From: Octopus vulgaris | Lineage: Eukaryota | DNA: 64,000 nucleotides | Assembly (NCBI GenBank): GCA_951406725.2 | Contig: OX597840.1 | Span: 38,564,001-38,628,000, forward strand | Reading direction: 5' to 3' | In this document: piece by piece, positions 41,507 to 56,463 of the stretch | Layout: every line of letters starts with the position of its first letter | Position numbering within the stretch: position 1 is the stretch's first letter | Notes under the pieces: generated by a model | Databases searched by the model: none | Seen by the model: the letters and a program-made list of their open reading frames with translations, nothing else | What the model was told of the DNA's origin: nothing | Made by a program: the position numbers and the translations under genes

Positions 41507-42697
41507 GTAATCTCGTATTTCAGGATGGTCGTTTTTTGCCAAATAAACACACGCAGTATATATTTTTTCTTCACTCATATATTACTGTTTGTATTATTTT
41601 ATGTCATGTCCATTGTCCGAAATCTTCCTAGCCTCAAGGGTGTCACAAAAGCCTTGGGTGGAGGTCCAAACTTCCAAATTTCACAGCTCTTAGAACACTG
41701 AATGATTGCTACAATAAGTGTATGAATCTAAGATGTCTATGTGTTAAATAAAAAATAATTCACTGATCCTCCTGTATTTTCTTTTAACCAAATTCTTGAA
41801 CATGGCCTCACCGTGTCGTTTATGTATATATATCTATGTGTGTGTATGTGTGTGTGCATGTACGTATGTGTTTGTGTATATTTGTGTATGTGTGCACCTA
41901 TGTGGGTTGTGCACTGAAGGCTTACATTTCTATACAACCAATGCTGTGGCATCGCATTTCAAACTGTATATTCTTAAATAAATTGCTTTCTTTTAAGAGG
42001 AAAAATTAATGCCATAATTGTGAATTTTAGAGTTAAAGAGGAAGGCGGAGATAGAGGGTTAGAGAGGGAGTGACAGAGAGAGAGAGAGAGAGAGAGAACC
42101 AGACAGAGAGATAAAGATAGACAGAGAACATTCTAGTGCAAAAAGAATGAAAATGGTATGTGTGTATCGCTAGAGAAATATATATTCGAAATTTAATACG
42201 AAGCGAAACTAGAGGTTTGGCAGTGCAATTATGATGTAAGAGCCATCTATATGAAGCATTCATAACCCAAGAATTTATAATGTAAAATGTTGCTGTCCGT
42301 CGTAAAGTTAAAGTGAGAAGTGTATATACAGACATAGGATGAAGAATTGGTGACGTAGAATATTCTGTAGAGAATTAAGAATATATCGAATCGACTGATA
42401 TGAATAAAATCAACCTTGTGTTTATTCATACACACACACTCATGCTCGCACACACACAAGCACACACACACACACAGACACACACACACACAGACACACA
42501 CATACACACAAACACACACACAAACACACACATATACACATACACACACAAACAAATACATACGCTCAAATTCATATAGGTGTAGAAGCACTTATGTATA
42601 GTATAATGCATGCATATATACAGAATATTATATGCATCTTACAAGCACCTAAATACACACACACATAGAGGCACATACACACATATGCATACATACG

Positions 42698-42737
<40 letters not shown>

Positions 42738-42936
42738 GTATATTGGTGCCTACATCAAATACTATACTAGTGAAACTCAAACTGAAAAGGTTAACAGATA
42801 ACCAAAACTAAAGAAGATATTTGAAAAAAAAAGTTAAATGAAAGAAGAGCGAATGGTTGGAATATAATCATGCAATGGTAAAGATGTTGGAATTGTATTC
42901 TAGCAGAAATAAAAAAAGCAGAAACGCAGAATAATG

Positions 42937-42980
<44 letters not shown>

Positions 42981-42981
42981 C

Positions 42982-43019
<38 letters not shown>

Positions 43020-43939
43020 TTACTGCAATGAAAATAACGAGCTATCTTAAGTCGGACTTAGTATGATGTAAGATTAGTAGAAAGTTGCATTTTTTTTTTT
43101 GTTATTTCTCTATGTATCATTTTTTTTTTCTTTTGAGAAATTTTAACCTAGTCTTCTGAAGTTAAGATCTATTTTCAAATTACTTATGTATGTATTTTGT
43201 TTTTAAGTATCATTTACTTAAATCGTCTTTTGATTAAAATCAGCGAAAGGAGTCGCTTTTATTCATTTTCTTTCTTTTCACTGACTTCTAGAATGTTATG
43301 CCACCAGTAATAAGAGATTTACCTCTGTGTATATGTGTATATAGATGCAGGTGTGTATATATTTTTATGTGTGATCGTGCGTGTTCTTTACATTCACCCC
43401 TGTCTGTAGTTATTCCTTTATAAACACACACATGTGCACACACAGTATTCACATGTAAGCACACACAGAAATACACACACATTTAATTTCCGTCTTTTCG
43501 TTGATTTTTTTCTTCTTCAATAATGTCCCTACATCAAAGCTAAGAGATAAATTTTTCTTCAAATGAAAGGTGTATGAGAAACATCGAGACGTGTCTACAC
43601 GGTGGATAACTTTGAACCAAATGGTTGTTGTCACACGTTCATCTGTTGGAGGCTTTTTTTCTGGAGACAGAGAGAGGCTGCAGGCGATCGCCTCCTCACC
43701 ACAGGAGATTAGCCAACGTTGCTTACTTAAAATTATTGCTACTAAAGTATGGATTTGTTCTAAAACGGCTCTCTATCTCAAAATATAATTACTTGCTGTA
43801 TTCTTATCACTTTGGAACTGGTTCCGGCTGTGACGACTCCGCAGATCACATGCTAAATTTTCGGTTTATGAATATTCTACGGTTACACAAAACAAAATGA
43901 AGTACGCACCGATGAGTCCTCCCTCTCCACCTGCATCAT

Positions 43940-44326
43940 GTGGAAGCACTCCGTCGGTTACGACGATGAGGGTTCCGGTTGATCCGAATCAACGGAACAG
44001 CCTGCTCGTGAAATTAACGTGTAAGTGACTGAGCCCTCCACAGACACGTGTACCCTTAACGTAGTTCTCGGAGATATTCAGCGTGACACAGAGAGTGACA
44101 AGGCCGGCTCCTTGAAATACAGGTACAACAGAAACAGGAAGTAAGAGTGAGAGAAAGTTGTGGTGAAAGAGTACAGCAGGGATCACCACTATCTCCTGCC
44201 GGAGCCTCGTGGAGCTTTTAGGTGTTTTCGCTCAATAAACACTCACAACGCCCGGTCTGGGAATCGAAACCGCGATCCTATGACCGCGAGTCCGCTGCCC
44301 TAACCATTGGGCCATTGCGCCTCCAC
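43940..44326 (-). mobile_element. SINE family A with tail type 2, full length
   Basis: Colinear with 29622-30006; degenerate TSD ACCTGCATCAT / ACTTGCTTCAT. Confidence 0.92.
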
Positions 44327-44769
44327 ACTTGCTTCATATTAATAAGCCAAAATAGATACACGAATAGCAAAATAGATACACGAACACTAATATGAAAATC
44401 CCTATAATATCTTCTGAGAAAAGATATTGTTTGAAATAGTTCTTAAAGAAGGAATTACCAATTAATAATCGAGACTTTTATCCGCAGGAATTTGAGAAAG
44501 TTTAATGAATTTGATATTGTGTTGTTGGATTGCAATAAGTCGTAAGATAAAGTCTTAACCTCGTGAATCGCCGAGAATCGCGAACCCCGAAAATGTTAGG
44601 GAACTATTACAAAAGACGATAAGACACACGAAAGTAATGGGCATATTGAGAAAGCGAAAAATTAACAGATAAATGAAGACTCTGTCTGCTGTTTGGTTTT
44701 TTGGCTTTTCATTTCAGTGATCTCTTGTTGATGTTAACGAGTAACTCAATTGAACGATATCGCCGGGAA

Positions 44770-45272
44770 AATAGACTATTTCTGAGTGATTTTCCAGTTT
44801 TGTGTTGCCACCTCTTCTGCCTTTGTTGACCCCAAACTTCGTATTTCCAACTTCAAGACGCAATTGTTGTTTCTTTTTCTTTCTTTCTGACTCTGTTGCC
44901 GCCGGAACATGTTACGTCGATTATCATGCATTCTTTTATTTCCTTTTTCATACACCACAACAATGTCCGCTTTTCGATGTCTGGTCAGGTGATCACACTG
45001 AATCATTATATCGCACAGGATTTTCCAATTTTCACTCTCGGTAATTTATTTCGTGTTTTGTTCCAACGACGTCCTTGCTCTTTGTAGGCCGTAATTTCCA
45101 CAGAGCTCCAAATGGACCATTCTTGCCACATTGTCAGGGTGACGATTGTGTTTGCGTGGTGCCAATTTCGTGCATTGGCTTAAAGTGTATCATACCTTTA
45201 CACACCCGCTCACCATACATTATGTATTTGTCGCTATCGGGAATGTTGTCGATTTTGCATTTCACATTGTCC
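44770..45272 (-). mobile_element. R4/Dong-clade non-LTR retrotransposon fragment (Zn-knuckle and restriction-like endonuclease region)
   Basis: Frameshifted translation KIDNIPDSDK...H-DNVARMVHLELCG...MIQCDHLTRHRKADIVVV, matching the RHDNV and H.RPDIV motifs. Abuts (TTC)/(ATT)n. Confidence 0.8.
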
Positions 45273-45279
45273 TTCACGC

Positions 45280-45354
45280 TTCTTCTTCTTCTTCTTCTTC
45301 TTCTTCTTCTTCTTCTTCTTCTTCTTCTTCTTCTTCTTCTTCTTCTTCTTCTTC

Positions 45355-45389
<35 letters not shown>

Positions 45390-45435
45390 CATCATCATTA
45401 CCATCATCATCTTCATAATAATAATAAATATAATA

Positions 45436-45493
<58 letters not shown>

Positions 45494-45507
45494 TAATAAT
45501 AATAATA

Positions 45508-45555
<48 letters not shown>

Positions 45556-45577
45556 TTTATTATTCCTACTATTATTA
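45280..45577. repeat. (TTC)n-(ATT)n-(AAT)n compound microsatellite
   Basis: Direct inspection. Confidence 0.95.
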
Positions 45578-46035
45578 ACATTGTAAGAGTTCTTTTGTGT
45601 CTATATCAGTATATTTCTACAACTTCCCAAACCACCAAGAATGAAGGATTTTGGAAAGTTGAGACTGTTGTTTGTGGAGACGAGAAATATATTCTGAAAG
45701 ATTCCAAATAGAACGGAGACATTGTGACAGACTTTACAAGGTGATGGCTTCTACGCTAACTCCCTACACACAGATGAGATGAGGAGATTAAATAACGATA
45801 AGTATGAACAGGAATTATTGTCGGTACATAAAACGATTTTGGATCAGAGAAGCACCGTATACACTTTGGTATTAGGTAATGCGTCTTTTGCAACTAAGCT
45901 GGGTGATGGAGTAAAATTGTCTTTTCTGAACTCTAAACAAGTATTAAGTTCTTCTGCACTAAATGTTAAAACAAAATAAAGAGAAATGGAAAGAATGTGT
46001 AAGTCCTGGTGGTTTTGTTATGTATTTTGTCTGAT

Positions 46036-46285
46036 AAAAAAAAATATTCAGAAAAATACGTAACAAAAACACCAGGACTTACAAATATATATAACATACA
46101 GAAAATTGCACAACTGGGCACTGCACACATCCTACGCAGAACACTCTCAATACAGTAACCATAAGAGCACCACAGCAAACCACAGCACATACCCAAGGCA
46201 CAGAGAACTGCGCTCGGTAGTGAAGTGAATGCACGCTATAAAAATAAAACTACTGAATCAATAAAAATAATAAAAATAATAATAA

Positions 46286-46290
<5 letters not shown>
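46036..46290 (+). mobile_element. R4/Dong-clade LINE 3' end
   Basis: KYSEKYVTKTPGLTNIYNIQKIAQLGTAHILRRTLSIQ* (LGTAHILR C-terminal motif), then 3' UTR and (TAA)n tail. Confidence 0.8.
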
Positions 46291-46333
<43 letters not shown>

Positions 46334-46362
46334 CAGCTGAGGCAGCAGCAGTAGTAGTAGTA

Positions 46363-46404
<42 letters not shown>

Positions 46405-47056
46405 TTAATAATAATAATAATAAATGCCCTGATGCAATACCAGACAGTGGCTCTCATGGCTTCCCATCTTAACTGATTGGAAGTGTTATCATGTACATTG
46501 TTTTGTCTTGGTATAAAAGATGGGTTACAGCAAAGTTTCTGCTCAATACCACAGATTTGCTTGTCAGTTGTTTGATCTTAACCAGTTGAGCATGTCCCTT
46601 ATTGACTGTACTGTATATATATTTTTTTTTTTTCATAATTTGTATATATTTGTTCTATTACATATGTAAACCAACACCGCGGAGGAATTAACGTAATCTT
46701 AAATAATAAACCGTGATAGTTGAACCACGATAGGTGAAACGCGAAATGACGACGGATTTCTGTGATTAACACAAACTGCTTGTACCCATGCTTGAATATT
46801 CTCATTCTGGTATGAATGCTCTGTATCCATTTGTGTAAGTGTCCTTCTCTCTAATTTCCTCATGTATCGGGAAGAGTATTTAAATAACGTAATCATTGCG
46901 TAGAATGAGACTTGTGTTTGATAAAACATATCTATACAAACGTACAAAGGTATTGGTACTGCTGCATGGTAAGCAGCTTGGTATCCGGTTCAGTCTCACT
47001 GTGTGAACATTTTAACGAGTGACATCTACTGTGGCCCCGAGCTGACAAAATAAGTA

Positions 47057-47459
47057 TAGGAGTGGCTGTGTGGTAAGTAGCTTGCTAACCAACCACATGG
47101 TACCGGGTTCAGTCCCACTGCGTGGCATCTTGGGCAAGTGTCTTCTGCTATAGCCCCGGGCCGACCAATGCCTTGTGAGTGGATTTGGTAGACAGAAACT
47201 GAAAGAAGCCTGTCGTATATATGTATATATATATGCATGTGTGTTTGTTTGTGTGTCTGTGTTTGTCCCCCTAGCATTGCTTGACAACCGATGCTGGTGT
47301 GTTTATGTCCCCGTTACTTAGCGGTTCGGCAAAAGAGACCGATAGAATAAGTACTGGGCTTACAAAAAGAATAAGTTCCGGGGTCGAGTTGCTCGATTAA
47401 AGGCGGTGCTCCAGCATGGCCGCAGTCAAACGACTGAAACAAGTAAAAGAGTAAAAGAG

Positions 47460-47461
<2 letters not shown>
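47057..47461 (+). mobile_element. SINE family B, near full length
   Basis: Colinear with 8004-8405. Confidence 0.9.
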
Positions 47462-47493
<32 letters not shown>

Positions 47494-47494
<1 letters not shown>

Positions 47495-48053
47495 TAGTAG
47501 CTAAGCCCGGCCTCACTCGGTTGGTTTGGCTGTTGTGGCTGTAAAACTTGGTCTGTGTAAGCATTCGAATTGTTTGGGCACGCTTACGTTAGAAAACAAT
47601 TATAGAATGTCTTTTTCTATCAGCTAAAAATAGCTGACCAACAAAAAAAAAACATGATTCAAACTAATCAAAAAATAAACCCAAATACTAAGCAAACAAA
47701 TTTGAACCATCCCACTTCCATCGCGTGCCCATACGCGCACGCACACGAAAGCACACACACACATTCACATACGCCGCTTTTACAAACACATATTCACACA
47801 GAGTTGAAACGCTCACCCCATCCTTCCTTATTCCTCTATCACCCCGTCGTTTCTCATTCATAAACATAAAAGTAAAGTGTATTATTATAGTATAATATCT
47901 CGGTAACCACAGGAGAGCTATGAACAAATACAAAGCCCAGCTTCGCAACCGGATCATTCTACACATCTGTGTAATTTTCTGCGCAATTCCACCCAACCCT
48001 TTGACAGTGTATCCGAAGTCAAGTATCGCCCATGTCAAATGTATATGTATAGA
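47494..48053 (-). mobile_element. Non-autonomous Helitron-like element
   Basis: Minus-strand 3' end CCGAGTGAGGCCGGGCTTAGCTA-CTAG|T; candidate 5' end A|TCTATACATATAC. Confidence 0.6.
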
Positions 48054-48099
48054 TAGATAGATTGAGAGAGAGAAAGAGAGAAAGAGGGAGATACTCAGG

Positions 48100-48152
<53 letters not shown>

Positions 48153-48206
48153 TGAAAAGATAGATAGATTTATAGATAGATAGATAGATAGATAAAAGAT
48201 AGATAA

Positions 48207-48271
<65 letters not shown>

Positions 48272-48310
48272 CAGACAGGTAGATAGATAGACAGGCAGAT
48301 ATATAGATAC

Positions 48311-48369
<59 letters not shown>

Positions 48370-48400
48370 CATAGATAGACAGACAGGAAGATAGATTGGC
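48050..48400. repeat. (GATA)n microsatellite
   Basis: Direct inspection. Confidence 0.95.
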
Positions 48401-48573
48401 TGATAGATATGTTTCTTTATTAGCCACACAGGGCTGCACACAGACAGGACAAATTACAAGGTAGAGCGTTTCTTTGGGGGATAAAAAAAGGGGCTTTGGT
48501 TTTCGATCAAAAGGGATCGTAAAAGGAAAGAAAGAGGACAAAAAAGGGGGGGGGGGATAAAGTTTAAAAAAAG

Positions 48574-48607
<34 letters not shown>

Positions 48608-49647
48608 CGATAGATTGATATATAAATAGATTGATTGATTGATTGGTTGATACATACACGGTGATATTTATCTATTTCTTTATTGAGTAGCACAAGTATG
48701 GAAGACGTAGATTTAGGACACTTAATCTCTATACCAAAAATTCAAGAGCATATGGAAATCGTAGTCTCAATGCTCGGAATTATCTCCCTTGTATACGAGA
48801 CAAATATTCGGATGAATTAATCATTGGCTAAGCTAATCATCTCGCAAGCGCGCAAACATTTCTCTTCAGCGTTCCTGATGCTATCTCCTTGAAATGCATT
48901 AATTTTAATTTAAATATTGCATGTAAATATGTTGGAATATTTATATTGAAACTCTTTGGGGAGTCACATGTTTTAGAACTTGTGATTCCATGTGTTGAAT
49001 AAGATATACTGGCCTTTTCATTTTATTTACTGCATGCATAATCTCCCGTTTATTCATATTCCATGTTATTTTTTCTAAATATTTAGTGAAGGCTTTAATA
49101 TTCAACAAAATCTTCTTAATATAGTAACTTATTGTGCGTGTGTATAAGCGAGATGAAATAAACATTTTCACATAATCTAAACGAAAAATATAAGTAAGTT
49201 CATGTTATCGAACGAAGTGTTTTTAAAGAATATATTAAAAATTTATATATTTTTGTTCTTTGTAAGACATGCTGATTCATGTGAAATATTTGATGTAGAG
49301 TTTCCAGTTATAATATTTCCCTTTGCGCAGTCGATTTATATAGTCACATCTTTATGCATTTTCGGGATTAATTTAACTTTTGAATGTTCGAAATAATGAA
49401 TATTTTTGCAAAAAAATATATGTATTTCATTCAGTTAACATAGTGATACATACATTTGTATATTCTTAAATTTGGCTGACGCTGAGATTTGTTTAACGTT
49501 TGAAGAAACAGATCCACGAATTTAGCTTATTACAGAATCTTTACCACTTTACCTTGTTTCGTATTACGAATTCCCAGACACGAAAATACAAATTAAAATT
49601 TCTCTCCACCATTCAGAATCAATAAAGAAGATGGCTCTACTTCAAGA

Positions 49648-49694
<47 letters not shown>

Positions 49695-49958
49695 AAATAT
49701 TAATATCTACGTATATGTATATATATATATATAAAATAAATATAAGAGAGTGGTCACTATATGGCTCACTCTAGCACCAGTTAATCCAAAAGGTTTCAAC
49801 CACAAAAATACATGTTTCCCATGAAAGTCAGTACGATTGTTAGCTCACACGGACAGGGCAAATAAAAAATAACAAAAATACAGATTATTTTGGGACAATT
49901 GTTTCGCTATTAATGAATTAAATGTAATTTTACTTATAAAAAAATCCACTTGAATTAA

Positions 49959-50016
<58 letters not shown>

Positions 50017-50206
50017 CAGAAACATATTAATATCTACGTATATGTATATATATATATAAAATAAATATAAGAGAGTGGTCACTATATGGCTCACTCTTGC
50101 ACCAGTTAATCCAAAAGGTTTCAACCACAAAAATACATGTTTCCCATGAAAGTCAGTACGATTGTTAGCTCACACGGACAGGGCAAATAAAAAATAACAA
50201 AAATAC

Positions 50207-50300
50207 AGATTATTTTGGGACAATTGTTTCGCTATTAATGAATTAAATGTAATTTTACTTACAAAAAAATCCACTTGTAGCTCCTCAGCCAAAACTATCT
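50207..50300 (-). ncRNA. Type I hammerhead ribozyme H2, copy 1
   Basis: Minus strand AGATAGTTTTGG-CTGAGGA-GCTA-(43-nt loop)-TAGC-GAAA-CAATTG-TC/CCAAAATAATCT. Palindromic helix III ACAATTGT, GUC triplet, cut between 50219 and 50218. Confidence 0.88.
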
Positions 50301-50741
50301 GGATGAAATCCACTCAATCACACGCCAGATTTTACCATAACGATAAATACGCGTGTGGTTCAATTGATTACATCCGACGTTATAATTCAAATGCCCCAAC
50401 TAACAGCGCGCCAAATTTTCACGGAAAACAAATACAGCATTTAGAAATAAATGCAGCATAATTATAATTAATTGATAAGGGTGAGAGAATTAGATACTAA
50501 TTTAATAGTATATCTATTCTACACCAAGTGGCCTAGTGCTCCGAGAAACCTGGATTATTATAATATTTTATAATATATTATAATATTTTTACAAAATAAA
50601 TATAAGAGAGTGGTCACTATATGGCTCACTCTAGCACCAGTTAATCCAAAAGGTTTCAACCACAAAAATACATGTTTCCCATGAAAGTCAGTACGATTGT
50701 TAGCTCACACGGACAGGGCAAATAAAAAATAGCAAAAATAC

Positions 50742-50835
50742 AGATTATTTTGGGACAATTGTTTCGCTATTAATGAATTAAATGTAATTTTACTTACAAA
50801 AAAATCCACTTGTAGCTCCTCAGCCAAAACTATCT
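50742..50835 (-). ncRNA. Type I hammerhead ribozyme H2, copy 2
   Basis: Same motif 535 bp away. Confidence 0.88.
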
Positions 50836-51175
50836 GGATGAAATCCACTCAATCACACGCCAGATTTTACCATAACGATAAATACGCGTGTGGTTCAATT
50901 GATTACATCCGACGTTATAATTCAAATGCCCCAACTAACAGCGCGCCAAATTTTCACGGAAAACAAATACAGCATTTAGAAATAAATGCAGCATAATTAT
51001 AATTAATTAATAAGGGTGAGAGAATTAGATACTAATTTAATAGTATATCTATTCTACATCAAGTGGCCTAATGCTCCGAGAAACCTGGATTATTATAATA
51101 TTTTATAATATATTATAATATTTTTACAAAATAAATATAAGAGAGTGGTCACTATATGGCTCACTCTAGCACCAG

Positions 51176-51236
<61 letters not shown>

Positions 51237-51293
51237 TATATATCTACACATATATATATATATAAACATATATATATATGTATGCATGTATGT

Positions 51294-51362
<69 letters not shown>

Positions 51363-51719
51363 GATAAGCTTTATAAATATGAATATATATGTACACACAC
51401 ACATTCATATATATATATATGTATATAATTTCTTTTTCAGAATGAAATACAAATCCAAAGCTATGACGATTACATAAACCTATTTATAAATGTTCTAAAA
51501 TCATCACGGTCTTGTTTTTTTAACCCATTCTGAATATATATATATATATATATACACGTGCTGATATATGACCTACGTTGGATTCCTTATTCGCATAATC
51601 ACAAAACCTGGAACTTAAATATGGTCTAACCATAGCACTTACTCCGAATTACCTGACACCTTTGTGTCTTACGGACACCATTAACTCTCATAACCTCTCT
51701 TTCTCACTCCCTCTCGCTA

Positions 51720-51782
<63 letters not shown>

Positions 51783-51786
<4 letters not shown>

Positions 51787-52150
51787 ATTATTGGTGAATT
51801 GAAGAAATGGAGCTGAACGCAGATTGAGCAGAAATCGTTTTATTTCATTCTACACGTGTTTCGAAAGGCACAAATTACCAAAATCCGATTGATAATTTGG
51901 TAATTTGTGCCTTTCGAAACACGTGTAGAATGAAATAAAACGATTTCTGTTCAATCTGCGTTCAGCTCCATTTCTTCAATTCACCAATAATGTTTTAATT
52001 TCAATTATCCGCACCAACGCACGGTTGCAACACCATATGGTTGTACCTCCAACCGTGCTGTTTACTGCTGTGATTTTTGCTACTAAGGTATCGGTTAAAC
52101 TTTTGATTAATCTACTACAAGATTATTCATCTTTCTATTTCACATAATAT
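51783..52150. mobile_element. Family H3 repeat as a 100-bp fold-back
   Basis: 51783-51882 versus 51896-51995 inverted (1 mismatch, 13-nt loop). Each arm has only the 3' half of the H3 hammerhead; the right arm probably continues to about 52150. Confidence 0.85.
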
Positions 52151-52326
52151 ATATATATATATATACATTTCCACAAATAAGTATATACATATTGTTATTT
52201 CCACAAATAGGTATATACATACAGAGATACATAGATAGATAGATTCTAGCAAAAACTGTCCGACGAACGGAAAAGTGAAACTCAGAGTAACAGGTTTTGT
52301 TGAATGTTCTGCTACTTTAAATAAAG

Positions 52327-52372
<46 letters not shown>

Positions 52373-52417
52373 CAGACAGACAGACAGGCAGACGCACAGA
52401 CAAACAGACAGACAGAC

Positions 52418-52471
<54 letters not shown>

Positions 52472-52503
52472 GTAGATAGAGAGAGAGAGAGATAGATAGA
52501 GAG

Positions 52504-52587
<84 letters not shown>
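52327..52587. repeat. (GATA)n/(GACA)n/(GA)n microsatellite
   Basis: Direct inspection. Confidence 0.95.
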
Positions 52588-52589
<2 letters not shown>

Positions 52590-52714
52590 ATACATACGCT
52601 TTTAACGGTTCCTGCTAAATCTCCGGTCATGCTGAGCACCACCGTTTTGCTACATTGGTATTATTGAGACTTTCTCCTGACACGTGACATTTGGTGAATT
52701 ACCGAGTTTGATGT

Positions 52715-52935
52715 CGCTGTCCATATTTGGGACTCTCGAATGGAGGAGATTCAGTTTTGTTTTGAAAACACCTACATCTACATTGTGTAAGTCCTTCAGG
52801 CGCTTTGTGAGAATATTAAAATGTTGGGGACTCTTGAAACTCAGGCTGTGGCAGTAACTAGTCCTGAGGTGCGACGGCATTGTTAGGATATGTAGCACTG
52901 TGCGGTGGCGAATCGTTCTGTCATTTGTGTAAGAA
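52715..52935 (-). mobile_element. CR1/L2-type LINE ORF2 C-terminal fragment
   Basis: SYTNDRTIRH...RTSYCHSLSFKSPQHFNILTKRLKDLHNVDVGVFKTKLNLL resembles the ...FN.LP..L......FK.KLD C-terminus. Confidence 0.7.
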
Positions 52936-52962
52936 TACATACATACATACAAAGATACATAC

Positions 52963-53576
<614 letters not shown>

Positions 53577-53949
53577 TAACCTGTTGAATAAATAGATAAA
53601 AGTAATGGCGGATGTGGTTTGACATACAGGATATATTTGGGAAGCGATCTGAAATATATATCAACTATTGAAAATGTCTGATGATTACTTGCGATGCACA
53701 CACCTATACTTGTATGATTTAAAAAGAAGTAAACTTATGACATATTTCAGCAAGTATTATTGCTCAAGGAATATCCACTCCGTTATTTGAAGCAGATTAA
53801 AATTTGCATAGTTTATTATTTATTGCATAAAATGGTGGAATTGAATCAAGCATCGTTATAACTAGATATCGCGGAAAGAACGATATTTTGCCACGAGAAG
53901 AAGAAGAAGCAAAACAACAGCAATAACAACAACGAAAATAAAAATAATG

Positions 53950-53950
<1 letters not shown>

Positions 53951-53981
<31 letters not shown>

Positions 53982-54004
53982 TTAATAACAACAATAATAA
54001 TAAC

Positions 54005-54048
<44 letters not shown>

Positions 54049-54253
54049 CAACAACAATAATAATAATAATAACAACAACAACAGCAACAACAACAACAAT
54101 AATAATAATAACAATAATAATAATAATAACAACAACAACAATAATAATAATAATAATAATAACAACAACAACAACAACAATAATAATAATAATAATAACA
54201 ATAATAATAATAACAATAATAATAATAATAATAATAACAACAACAACAACAAC

Positions 54254-54308
<55 letters not shown>

Positions 54309-54375
54309 TTACTACTAATAATAATAATATTAATAATAATGATAATAATAATAATAATAATAATAATGATAATAA
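53951..54375. repeat. (AAT)n/(AAC)n microsatellite
   Basis: Direct inspection. Confidence 0.95.
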
Positions 54376-55077
54376 GTGAAGAAATACATAATAACGATTG
54401 AAAAAAGGAAAATTCAATTTCACCAAAATTCTGAAGAGATATTAAATAATTCTAAAATATAACAAATATGATTAATATTGCGGCGAAATATTCATGGAGT
54501 TTGCTATTTAATGATATATAAAATTGTTACGTATATATATACATTCGAAATTCATGTTGAAATTAAAATGTACCACTAGAAAATTGCGGCCGACCATTAA
54601 AGAAAATCAACGAAGAATAATGTAAGGGTAAAGATAAATGGAAGACAAATAAAAGAAAAATATTTAAATGTATTGTTTCAAGAATCACACGGAGAAATAA
54701 AGAGAAAATAAGAGAGAAGGAATGGTCATTTATCTTTCGAATTATATATTTATACCTCTTTATCCGATCGCATGACAGCTTAGTGGACACACACATGCAA
54801 TCATACATACCTACGTACATACATGCAATATATACATGCATGTATGAATGTATGTATGTATGTATGTATGTATGTATGTATGTGTGTATGTATGTATGTA
54901 TATATATATATATATAATTATATATATATATATACAGAGAGAGAGGGGTAGAAAGAGAGAGATAGGTATATATATATTTTTAAATATTGATATATGTATG
55001 CAAACATACATACGTACGTACATACATGCAATATATACATGTATGTAAGTATGTATGTATGTATATATATATATATA

Positions 55078-55121
<44 letters not shown>

Positions 55122-55155
55122 AATATTGATATATGTATGTACATATACATACATT

Positions 55156-55189
<34 letters not shown>

Positions 55190-55873
55190 CACACACACAT
55201 ATATATACATATGTACATATGTTTATTTTGAAATTTATCTCCACATATTTTCTATAGAAAACTGTGTTCCTATATGTGTGTATGTGTATGTGTATGTATG
55301 TATGTATGTATGTACACCTAACTATGTAAATAGCGATGTATTTCCATATATGTGCATGTATATACAAATGTCTATATGTGCATGTGTGCCTGTGATCGTG
55401 TGTTTGTTCATAATTTTATATACGTGTATAGATTTTCCAATCGAGTTTCTGTGAATGTTTAGAGGTTTAAGAAAAAATGGGCGCACTTAAATGAAATAAT
55501 GAGAAATTTGTTGCAGGGGACTGAATAAATGTGCAGATCATTTATATGAAATCGGAGAAATATGAACTTACACGCGAGGCAAAAATTACATACAGTCACA
55601 CATACATACACACTCACATTTAAATACATACATATATATATGTATATATATATATATTATATATATATATTATCTATATATATATATATTTATTATCTAT
55701 ATATATGTATATATATATATATATATGCATAAATACATGTGTATATATATATCTGTAGCTATATCTATATGTATATATATATATATATATACGTAAATAT
55801 ATATATATATATATCTGTAAATATATGTATATGTATATCTGTATCTATATGTATATGTATATGTATATCTATA

Positions 55874-55924
<51 letters not shown>

Positions 55925-56397
55925 GTATCTATATATATATCTATCTATCTATATCTATATATATATATATATATACATATATCTTCATGCACTTTCATGT
56001 TATTCTCAATAAACGTTGTTCATTTTTGCTGTGGAGTGTTCTTACATTCTTGCGTATGCGCAGGTGTTGGGTTGCTGGGAAATTATATACTAAGATTCTG
56101 CATCAGGTGGAAAAAACTCATTTATATATTTATAAATATGCAATAGATAACGAGCTGTGGGTAGGGAGTAACCAATATCAAAACATTATGTTATATGTTA
56201 TTGGAAACTGAAGACTCATAAATTCACATCCCTTCTTTTACATTGATTCCATCCAGAGGATTATCCATTTGATTATCCATAACTATAATCCTATAATCTT
56301 TAACAATTGTCCGACCATCAGCGAAGTTGAGGTCAGAGTAACGAAGCGTGAGGTTTCATGTTGCGATAAAACTGATAAACGCACCCACCCATATACG

Positions 56398-56463
<66 letters not shown>

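Larger units (their letters stand above)
49691..51177 (-). mobile_element. Tandem array of 535-bp hammerhead-bearing units (family H2) plus partial duplicate
   Basis: About 2.1 near-identical units at 50055-51177. Partial copy 49691-49952 also repeats the flank. Bounded by (TA)n. Confidence 0.88.
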
